DNA of 64,000 nucleotides. Origin: an uncultured Alphaproteobacteria bacterium. GTDB taxonomy: Bacteria; Pseudomonadota; Alphaproteobacteria; Rickettsiales; JALZUV01. A model generated the notes under the pieces. That model ran no database searches and had not been told where the DNA came from. It was given only the letters and a program-made list of their open reading frames with translations. Below are positions 1 through 7,197 of this stretch, piece by piece. Position 1 is the first letter of the stretch, and every line of letters begins with the position of its first letter. The stretch is taken from positions 705,089 to 769,088 of the forward strand of contig CAWILT010000002.1 in NCBI GenBank assembly GCA_963837025.1. The letters are read 5' to 3'. The translations under genes were made by a program, and so were the position numbers.

Positions 1-10
1 TTAATCGCGC

Positions 11-319
11 TCATTTACGTTTTCCTCTTTTGCGGGAGGGGCTGCTATCTGCTTCCAACACATCATCAATGGACGAGAAAAGCGTGTCTTTAACTTGCGT
101 CGCTTTGAGGATATCCTCTAACCCGCCAAGCACCATGTGAAGCTTTAGGAATGATTCTAGAGATAGTGCGCCAGTACGTTCGAACTTGCGAAGCGTGGGC
201 AAAGCTACACCCGAACGCTCGGCAAGACCTTCCTGCGTTAACTCCATCTGTAGCCGTCGCGCGCGCGCGTGATCTGCAAGCTTTTTTTGCGCTTTTGCTG
301 TTGTTATAAGTGATACCAT
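11..319 (-). CDS. XRE-family helix-turn-helix transcriptional regulator (possible repressor or antitoxin)
   Basis: 102-aa ORF. The HTH segment is LTQEGLAERSGVALPTLRKFERTG. The stop overlaps an ATG (ATGA at 11-14) of a downstream minus-strand gene that is cut by the window edge. Confidence 0.75.
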   Translation of the reverse strand: MVSLITTAKAQKKLADHARARRLQMELTQEGLAERSGVALPTLRKFERTGALSLESFLKLHMVLGGLEDILKATQVKDTLFSSIDDVLEADSSPSRKRGKRK

Positions 320-368
320 TATATCTTAAAACCTCCGTTAAGCCTCATATATTGATATTATAGTATCA
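311..368. promoter_or_regulatory. Two operator-like dyads, TGATA-N6-TATC(A), at 311-325 and 353-368
   Basis: TGATACCATTATATC overlaps the regulator start codon, and TGATATTATAGTATCA lies 42 bp upstream. Both were read directly from the sequence. Confidence 0.35.
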
Positions 369-414
369 CTAACGGGAAATATCAAGTGTAATTTCTCAAG
401 GCAGAGCCTCTGTA

Positions 415-436
415 AAAAATGTTCGCGAACATTTTT
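415..436. promoter_or_regulatory. 22-bp perfect palindrome AAAAATGTTCGCGAACATTTTT
   Basis: Perfect dyad symmetry in a gene-free spacer. It could be an operator or a short bidirectional hairpin. Confidence 0.3.
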
Positions 437-498
437 GAAGCGGACAGGTCGAACAAAAAACGATAGTCTAATCAATACAATCGCCGGAATTGTACTGC

Positions 499-541
499 AA
501 AGCCACGCAACCATTTGATATGGGCGTGGCTTTTGCTTTTT
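499..541 (+). terminator. Orphan rho-independent terminator on the plus strand
   Basis: AAAGCCACGC (499-508) pairs with GCGTGGCTTT (524-533) across a 15-nt loop and is followed by TTTTGCTTTTT. No plus-strand ORF lies upstream. Confidence 0.5.
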
Positions 542-695
542 CCCTTCCCTGTTATAGCAAAAAAGGTACTTCCGGCGATTGAACCCTATGCGGCGGGCTT
601 AGGCGCAGGAGTTTTTTAGCGCCAGAAGATTTTTTTGGGTACGCGCCCCCACCGCCAATCATCAAAAAAACCAGTCAGAGCAACGTGTTCAAGGT

Positions 696-723
696 GCGTA
701 CCTTGGCGCGTACTCATGCGTAC
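696..723 (+). repeat. Three direct GCGTAC repeats at 12- and 10-bp spacing upstream of the methyltransferase genes
   Basis: GCGTAC occurs at 696-701, 708-713 and 718-723. An inverted copy (GTACGC) lies near 640-645. Confidence 0.35.
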
Positions 724-748
724 CTGACCCAAAAAGGAATTTGAATTT

Positions 749-1945
749 GTGGATCATCGTTCCCTTAACAATTTGTCCTTGTGTGCCGGTGTCGGCGGAC
801 TCGACCTCGGCATCCGAGTGGCGCAGCCAAATGCTCGAGCAGTCTGTTTTGTCGAGATCGAAGCCTATGCGTGCGAAATCCTGGCAACGCGCATGGAAGA
901 CAAAAGCCTGGACGAAGCGCCTGTTTGGACGGATTTGCGATCCTTTGACGGCAAGCCATGGCGTGGCATCGTGGATTGCATCACTGCAGGATATCCATGC
1001 CAGCCATTCTCCGTTGCCGGAAAACAAAAAGGCAAAGACGACCCGCGTCACCTCTGGCCAGATGTGTGCAGGATTGTGCGGGAGATACGCCCACGGCTCT
1101 GTTTCTTCGAAAACGTCCCTGGACATTTACGATTGGGGTTTGAACAAGTCCATGATGACCTTCGAAAACTGGGTTACAGCGTTAAGGCAGGCCTGTTCTC
1201 AGCGGCGGAAGTCGGTAGCACTCACAAACGCGAACGCCTCTTCATTTTGGCGTACCGTGAAAGCGACCGAGCCAACGGGTGGCTGTCTGAGCTCAGAGAA
1301 ATTCAAAGAGCGTATGGATGCGGGCATGCCCTTGAGCCTGCGGGATCAGGTGAAGCATCTCTGGCCGACAGTCCGTGTCTCTTCTGCGAATGGCCCGTGT
1401 CAGAAGGAAATCCAGAACAACAATCCGAAATGCCGTCTGGAAGTATCGGTGGTGAATTGGCCAACACCGACGGTGCAAGACTTCAAAAAACGCGGGCCGA
1501 ATTCATCGCAGAAAGGATTGGCGGAGACGTCGGTCAACTGGGCGACGCCGAATACGCTGGATCATCTTCCCGTCAGATCGCCCGAGGCGATGGACAGGAT
1601 GATGGGGCCGAACGGTCAGCGTGCGGGCAGATCCCGTCCGAGCAATTTGCGAGAGCAAATCATGTGGCCAACAGTGACAGCTCAGGATTCCAAGAACAAT
1701 GCGGGGTCGAGCCAATTTGTACGGAACACGAAGCCATTGAATGTGGAAGCTGTTTGCCATTCCCACCCGGACCCGAAGGCGATTGGGACGGAATCCCAAC
1801 CGGTCTTAAACCCGCAATTTGTCGAATGGCTGATGGGCTGGCCAATCGGGTGGACAGAATTCGCGCCTGTGGAAACGGTGTCGTTCCATTGGCTGCCGCT
1901 CATGCGTGGGGCGTTCTTACAACTGCAGCAAATGGAGGAAAATAA
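749..1945 (+). CDS. DNA (cytosine-5)-methyltransferase; the ancestral reading frame appears to be disrupted
   Basis: The frame starting at 749 carries motif I LCAGVGGLDLG, motif IV GYPCQPFS, motif VI FFENVPG, motif VIII RERLFILA and a C-terminal GNGVVP (motif X). The target-recognition and motif-IX-like sequence lies in the +1 frame (ORF 741..1958). See findings. Confidence 0.7.
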   Translation: MDHRSLNNLSLCAGVGGLDLGIRVAQPNARAVCFVEIEAYACEILATRMEDKSLDEAPVWTDLRSFDGKPWRGIVDCITAGYPCQPFSVAGKQKGKDDPRHLWPDVCRIVREIRPRLCFFENVPGHLRLGFEQVHDDLRKLGYSVKAGLFSAAEVGSTHKRERLFILAYRESDRANGWLSELREIQRAYGCGHALEPAGSGEASLADSPCLFCEWPVSEGNPEQQSEMPSGSIGGELANTDGARLQKTRAEFIAERIGGDVGQLGDAEYAGSSSRQIARGDGQDDGAERSACGQIPSEQFARANHVANSDSSGFQEQCGVEPICTEHEAIECGSCLPFPPGPEGDWDGIPTGLKPAICRMADGLANRVDRIRACGNGVVPLAAAHAWGVLTTAANGGK

Positions 1946-1950
1946 AAACC

Positions 1951-3213
1951 ATGACTGATGGAAAATCAAAAGAGCTGAAAATCGAGCATGTATCGGTTGA
2001 TGATCTTATTCCCTATGCCAAAAATGCCCGCACGCATTCTGATACGCAGGTGGCGCAGATTGCTGCATCCATGACGGAATTTGGTTTTGTAAATCCTATT
2101 CTGCTGGGTGAGGATAATATCATCATTGCAGGGCATGGGCGTTTGATGGCGGCGAAACTGCTGGGCATGAAAAACGTGCCAACCATTCGCCTGAACCATT
2201 TAAACGAAGCACAGCGCCGTGCGCTGGTGATTGCGGATAATAAAATTGCTGAGAACGCGGGTTGGGATGAAACCCTGCTGCGGGAAGAATTATCCGCGCT
2301 GGAAGATTTGGATTTCAACATAGACTTGTTGGGTTTTAATGCTGAGGAATTGGACAATCTGTTCTTGGATGATGCCAATGCCGCTGGCGGCTTAACCGAT
2401 GAAGATGCAGCACCTGAAGTGCCAGAAACGCCTATCAGCGTCCCTGGCGATATTTGGATTTGCGGTGAGCATAAAGTGCTGTGCGGCGACTCCACCATGA
2501 TTGATAGTTACAATGCCTTGTTAGGTGAAGAACTGGCGGACATGGTTTTTACCGATCCGCCTTATAACGTCAATTACGCAAACTCCATGAAAGACAAAAT
2601 GCGCGGCAAAGCCCGCCCGATCCAAAATGATAATCTGGGCGATGGGTTTGGCGATTTTCTCTATGATGTTTGCACCAATCTGATGATGGTGTGCAAAGGC
2701 GCAATGTATGTGTGCATGAGCTCGTCCGAGCTTCATACGCTGCACGGCGCATTTGTTGGCGCAGGTGGCAAATGGTCGACCTTTATCATCTGGGCAAAAA
2801 ATACCTTCACGCTGGGGCGGGCGGATTATCAGCGCCAGTATGAGCCGATCCTTTATGGCTGGAAAGATGGGCATGAGCATTTTTGGTGCGGGGCCAGAGA
2901 TCAAAGCGATGTTTGGTTTGTGAACAAGCCTGTTAAAAATGACCTGCACCCCACCATGAAACCTGTGGAGCTGGTGGAGCGTGCCATTCACAATTCCAGT
3001 AAAACCAAGGATATTGTGCTGGATGCCTTTGGCGGTTCGGGATCAACCATGATCGCCTGCGAAAAAACAGGTCGCCGCGCCAGATTGATTGAGCTTGATC
3101 CAAAATATGTCGATGTCATCGTCAAACGTTGGGAGGATTTTACAGGGAAGAAAGCAACTCTGGCCAAGAGTGACCAGAGTTTTGAAGTTTTGGCTGAAGA
3201 GCGTGCTTCTTAG
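1951..3213 (+). CDS. ParB-like nuclease domain fused to an amino (N6-adenine or N4-cytosine) DNA methyltransferase
   Basis: The N-terminus is ParB/Srx-like (DDLIPYAKNARTHS, GHGRLMAA). It is followed by FTDPPYNVNY and, later, DAFGGSGSTMIACE, which is the beta-class motif order. The ATG at 1951 has GGAGGA upstream. Confidence 0.85.
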   Translation: MTDGKSKELKIEHVSVDDLIPYAKNARTHSDTQVAQIAASMTEFGFVNPILLGEDNIIIAGHGRLMAAKLLGMKNVPTIRLNHLNEAQRRALVIADNKIAENAGWDETLLREELSALEDLDFNIDLLGFNAEELDNLFLDDANAAGGLTDEDAAPEVPETPISVPGDIWICGEHKVLCGDSTMIDSYNALLGEELADMVFTDPPYNVNYANSMKDKMRGKARPIQNDNLGDGFGDFLYDVCTNLMMVCKGAMYVCMSSSELHTLHGAFVGAGGKWSTFIIWAKNTFTLGRADYQRQYEPILYGWKDGHEHFWCGARDQSDVWFVNKPVKNDLHPTMKPVELVERAIHNSSKTKDIVLDAFGGSGSTMIACEKTGRRARLIELDPKYVDVIVKRWEDFTGKKATLAKSDQSFEVLAEERAS

Positions 3214-3500
3214 GCGGTGATGATGCGATAATACCGCACCCCATCAACGCGTTCGCTGATAATCTCTGCGCCTGCTTTTTTGAGGATAGAGAGATGCCCG
3301 CGCACGGTGTGGGCTTGCCAGCTGGTTTGTTTGGATAGCTCCTCAATCGTTGCGCCTTTTTCGGATTTGAGCAGTTGTTCAACCAAGGCCTTTTTGGTGA
3401 TTTTTGGCACTGGCTCGGCGGTAGTTTCTGGCGTTGTTGCGACGGCCTCAATTGGTTTGGCTTCGGCTGTTTCGATTGGTTTTTTGCTTTGTTTTGTCAT
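3210..3500 (-). CDS. DUF3489-like small protein
   Basis: The C-terminal GATIEELSKQTSWQAHTVRGHLS pattern is typical of DUF3489. The internal ATG at 3500 is preceded by AAGGA. Confidence 0.55.
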   Translation of the reverse strand: MTKQSKKPIETAEAKPIEAVATTPETTAEPVPKITKKALVEQLLKSEKGATIEELSKQTSWQAHTVRGHLSILKKAGAEIISERVDGVRYYRIITA

Positions 3501-3583
3501 GGTTTTTCCTTTCTGTTGTGATGTCCATGAATGCTTCAATAGGCACGCTTATCAAGTCAATAATCCTTAAAAAGTGAGAGAAT

Positions 3584-4084
3584 ATGGGACTTTCAATCAG
3601 GAAATACGCCACATTGCGCGGTGTGACCGAAGGCGCGGTACGAAAAGCCATCAATTCAGGGCGGATCACGCCGAATGAGGATGGCACAATCGATGTGGAA
3701 CGGGCGGATCGTGAATGGAAAGAAAATACCGATGAAGCCAAAATCAATACGGGCCTGCCGGTGATGACCGAGAACATGCCCGCCGCGAACGGCAAACCAT
3801 CTTTTACCAAAATCAAAACCGCGCATGAGCTTTATAAGGCGCAGCTGACACAGCTTTCCCTGCAGGAAAAGAAAGGACAGCTCATCAACAAAGACATGGT
3901 GAAAACCCAAGTCTATCGCCTGGGGCGGCAGGTTCGGGATAGCTGGCTGAATTGGCCTGCGCGTGTGTCGGCCTTGATGGCTGCTGATCTGGGCATTGAC
4001 GAACACGCTCTTCATCAGGCGTTAGAGCGCTATGTGAGGGAGCATTTAAATGACATTGGAGAGGGAAAACTCAATTTCGATTGA
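3584..4084 (+). CDS. Terminase small subunit (HTH-containing)
   Basis: 166 aa with an N-terminal HTH (IRKYATLRGVTEGAVRKAINSGRI). It lies immediately upstream of, and overlaps, the large terminase gene. Confidence 0.6.
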   Translation: MGLSIRKYATLRGVTEGAVRKAINSGRITPNEDGTIDVERADREWKENTDEAKINTGLPVMTENMPAANGKPSFTKIKTAHELYKAQLTQLSLQEKKGQLINKDMVKTQVYRLGRQVRDSWLNWPARVSALMAADLGIDEHALHQALERYVREHLNDIGEGKLNFD

Positions 4085-6068
4085 GTATGACGCGGCATTT
4101 GTTCAAAACGTCTACCTCAAAAGTTTCACACCCGAACCGCATTATGATGTTGCCGATTGGGCCGATAAATATCGCCTGTTATCGGGTAAATCCGCAGCAG
4201 AACCTGGGGAATGGAAAACTGCTCGCACGCCGTACCTCAAAGAGGTGATGAACCAGCTTTCCACCAGCTCGCCCGCACAGCGCATTGTGTTTATGAAAGG
4301 CGCACAGGTCGGCGGAACAGAAGCCGGTAATAACTGGATTGGTTATATCGTGCATATGGCGCCAGGGCCGATGATGGCGGTGTCGCCCACGGTGGAGCTG
4401 GCCAAGCGTAATTCGAAACAGCGGATTGAGCCGTTGTTGCAGGAAACGCCGGAATTACGCGAACGTGTAAAGCCTGCGCGCGAACGGGATAGCGGTAATA
4501 CGATCCTGAGTAAAGAATTTGAAGGCGGTTTGTTGATTATGACGGGCGCAAATTCGGCGGCGGGTCTGCGCTCTATGCCTGCGCGGTATTTGTTTATGGA
4601 TGAGATTGATGCCTATCCAGGGGACGTTGGCGGCGAAGGTGATCCGATCCTGCTGGCAGAACGCCGAAGCGCGACATTCCGCCTGCGCCGTAAGATTTTT
4701 ATGGTGAGTACGCCAACAGTGAAAGGAATATCCCGTGTGCAACGTGAATTTGAAAAAAGCGATCAGCGCTATTTTTTTGTTCCTTGCACGAAATGTGGCC
4801 ATTACCAGCATTTGCGCTTTACGCAACTCCGCTGGCCTGAGGGCGATCCGGAAGAAGCTAAATACGCTTGTGAATCCTGCGGGCATCTCATGCATAATCA
4901 TGAGAAAACCTTACTGCTTTCCAAAGGCGAATGGCGGGCAACAGCGGAAAGTGTTGATGGCACGGTTGGGTATCATTTGTCATCGCTTTATAGCCCTGTG
5001 GGTTGGTTTAGCTGGTCGGATGCGGCAACGCTGTTTGAAGAAGCCAAGCGCAATCCCGATCTCATGAAGGGTTTTGTGAATACGGTGCTGGGTGAGCCTT
5101 ATGAGGAATCATCCGAAGCGCCGGAATGGCAACGCATTTATGAACGCCGTGAAAAATACAGCCAGGGTGTTGTGCCGATGGGCGGTTTATTCCTTACCGC
5201 CGGTGTGGATGTGCAAAAAGACCGTCTTGAATGTGAAGTGGTGGCTTGGGGACGCAACAAACAAAACTGGTCGGTGGATTATATCATCATCGATGGGGAT
5301 ACCGCCCGCCAAGATACATGGGATCGACTCGCTGTCGAAGTCTTGGAACGTGATTGGCCTCATGCCTCTGGTCATACCATGCCCATTCGGGTGATGGCGG
5401 TGGATTCCGGTTATGCCACGCAGGATGTTTACGCCTTTGTGCGTCAACATCCGCAGGCCGTTTGGGGTGGTTCGGGCGCACGCGCCAGCCAACCACGCAC
5501 CGTTGTGGCGATTAAGGGACAGGAACGTGATACAGCGCTCATCTTGAGTGTATCCAAAGCTGATACGGGTGGGAAACGTCGAGGTCTCCGCGTTTGGAAC
5601 GTCTCTGGCCCCGTGGCGAAAATGGAGCTTTACCGCTGGTTAAAATTGGAATGGCCAACCGATAAAGATCTGGACGATGGTGTGGCGTATCCGCCCGGCA
5701 GTTGTCACTTCCCGCAATATGGCGAGGAGTTTTTTAAACAGCTGACGGCTGAGCGTTGCATCACCCGTGTGGTACGAGGTTTTCCAAAACAGGTTTGGGA
5801 GAAAGACCCAAGCCGTAACAACGAAGCCTTGGACTGCCGTGTTTATGCGCGTGCTGCCGCCAGCATTTATGGGCTGGATCGCATGTCCGATTATAAATGG
5901 CGGGCTTTGGAAAAAAGTCTCGGGCAAGAGGTCATTATTCCAACCAAGGGCGTGGAAATGCCCGTGCCTGCTGTGACAGCAACGCCAGAACAACCAAAAC
6001 AAACGCCCAGTCAAAAGCCGAGAGTGCCTCAACGCAAGGTGATCAAGGCCGATGATCCGTATCTTTAA
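4050..6068 (+). CDS. Terminase large subunit, lambda gpA family
   Basis: 672 aa with FMKGAQVGGTEAGNNW, a zinc-ribbon-like CTKCGH...CESCGH segment, and the expected position in the lambda gene order. Confidence 0.9.
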   Translation: MTLERENSISIEYDAAFVQNVYLKSFTPEPHYDVADWADKYRLLSGKSAAEPGEWKTARTPYLKEVMNQLSTSSPAQRIVFMKGAQVGGTEAGNNWIGYIVHMAPGPMMAVSPTVELAKRNSKQRIEPLLQETPELRERVKPARERDSGNTILSKEFEGGLLIMTGANSAAGLRSMPARYLFMDEIDAYPGDVGGEGDPILLAERRSATFRLRRKIFMVSTPTVKGISRVQREFEKSDQRYFFVPCTKCGHYQHLRFTQLRWPEGDPEEAKYACESCGHLMHNHEKTLLLSKGEWRATAESVDGTVGYHLSSLYSPVGWFSWSDAATLFEEAKRNPDLMKGFVNTVLGEPYEESSEAPEWQRIYERREKYSQGVVPMGGLFLTAGVDVQKDRLECEVVAWGRNKQNWSVDYIIIDGDTARQDTWDRLAVEVLERDWPHASGHTMPIRVMAVDSGYATQDVYAFVRQHPQAVWGGSGARASQPRTVVAIKGQERDTALILSVSKADTGGKRRGLRVWNVSGPVAKMELYRWLKLEWPTDKDLDDGVAYPPGSCHFPQYGEEFFKQLTAERCITRVVRGFPKQVWEKDPSRNNEALDCRVYARAAASIYGLDRMSDYKWRALEKSLGQEVIIPTKGVEMPVPAVTATPEQPKQTPSQKPRVPQRKVIKADDPYL

Positions 6069-6934
6069 AGACCCAGGTCTGTCCATCGCTTTCTTCGCAA
6101 GGCATCTGCTTTACTGGTATATAAAATTGGAAATATTTCTTCATAGTACGGGATGTGGGGTGAACGATATTTGGGAGGATGTTCTGTTGTATCTCTTTCA
6201 TGGGCTTTCCAAGAAATTGATGAAAGGAGTTTAATAATCGGTTTAATTAATTCCAGTGTATTCCATACTGCGTAGTAATTAGCCTTGTCGACCATGACGT
6301 ATTTATACATATCTGAAACATATCCTGTGTTTTCCACTATATCTTGAAGCTGCAATTGAGGGTTTAAGCGCTTTGCTACTTCATTTTCGATCCATGAATG
6401 TGTTCGGTTTGAAAAATCATGACACTTTATCTGGTCGATGATGTTCCACCACTGCGTAAGTGGATCGGGGTTTATGACTTGGGCAATATTAGAAATGTTG
6501 TGGTATCTACCAGTCGCAGCCGCAAAGTCATTCATAAAAACAAGTATGTTTTTATGAATACTATCGTCATCTAAAACTGGAAAAATTGAATTGCTATATG
6601 CTTCGCTAATCTCTTTTGCTTTTTGATAAAGAGCCAAGAGATCATGGCCATATGACTTTATTGTCTTAATGTCTGGTGGCTGATAGTCGTTTTTATACAT
6701 GTGGTCAGAAATGATCACCAGTTTTAACATTCTTTCAATTCCAATGCTTAGTTGGAAAAACGATGTGTAGTAATGCCCTTTATACACATCGTCAAATCCA
6801 CCTTTGATCATAAATTCAAAGCCAGAAAGCATTGATGATTTAGCAAGTATTGCTTCTTGTTGGAGTAATAGGAATGACCTCGGCCAAGAGCTTGTGTCCA
6901 TTTTAATTAAATGATCGTACATCAACACCTCCAT
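6065..6934 (-). CDS. AT-rich opposite-strand moron of unknown function
   Basis: Intact 289-aa ORF antisense to the late operon, wedged between TerL and gpW. It is visibly AT-rich compared with its flanks. Confidence 0.7.
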   Translation of the reverse strand: MEVLMYDHLIKMDTSSWPRSFLLLQQEAILAKSSMLSGFEFMIKGGFDDVYKGHYYTSFFQLSIGIERMLKLVIISDHMYKNDYQPPDIKTIKSYGHDLLALYQKAKEISEAYSNSIFPVLDDDSIHKNILVFMNDFAAATGRYHNISNIAQVINPDPLTQWWNIIDQIKCHDFSNRTHSWIENEVAKRLNPQLQLQDIVENTGYVSDMYKYVMVDKANYYAVWNTLELIKPIIKLLSSISWKAHERDTTEHPPKYRSPHIPYYEEIFPILYTSKADALRRKRWTDLGL

Positions 6935-6954
6935 CTGTTCACGAAAGATTATAC

Positions 6955-7185
6955 ATGATTGAAACTATTTTAGAATTGCAAAGCCGACTGGTGCAGGCCA
7001 AAGAAGCACGCCATCGCTTGCTGACAGGATCGCAGGAAGTGACCGTCAGCTTGCATGGCTATGGCTCAACCACCTATAGCGCCGCCAATGTCGAGGCGTT
7101 GGAGCGATATATCCACGAGCTTGAGCAGGAAATAGCCAAGAAAAGCGGAACTGCGCGTCGCGTCATTATTCGCACCAGTTTTTAA
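6955..7185 (+). CDS. gpW-like head-tail joining protein
   Basis: 76 aa. Size, helical pattern and position between TerL and the portal match lambda W. Confidence 0.6.
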   Translation: MIETILELQSRLVQAKEARHRLLTGSQEVTVSLHGYGSTTYSAANVEALERYIHELEQEIAKKSGTARRVIIRTSF

Positions 7186-7197
7186 GGATAGTAAAAT

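Noticed and set aside
1-14. Calling the truncated downstream gene a hipA toxin
   Set aside because: Only four codons are visible (MSAI...). The TA interpretation rests solely on gene order and remains a hypothesis in the findings.
415-436. The palindrome TGTTCGCGAACA, considered as an alphaproteobacterial LexA (SOS) box
   Set aside because: The alphaproteobacterial SOS box is a direct repeat (GTTC-N7-GTTC). This site is an inverted repeat with a 2-nt spacing, and the nearby GAAC spacing does not fit either.
2013-2991. Long minus-strand ORFs (161 and 156 aa) antisense to the ParB-methyltransferase gene. Similar ones lie inside the terminase gene (4455-4901, 5640-6086), the capsid gene and the TMP regions.
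   Set aside because: They are shadow ORFs of the kind expected in the GC-richer prophage DNA. Their composition is low-complexity and Arg/Ser/Pro-rich, they have no motifs, and they overlap well-supported genes.
6065-6934. Assigning the moron to the HEPN or Abi families
   Set aside because: Only weak, non-canonical motif resemblance was found (E..LK...GHDL and one RDTTEH followed by prolines). That is insufficient without profile or structure searches.
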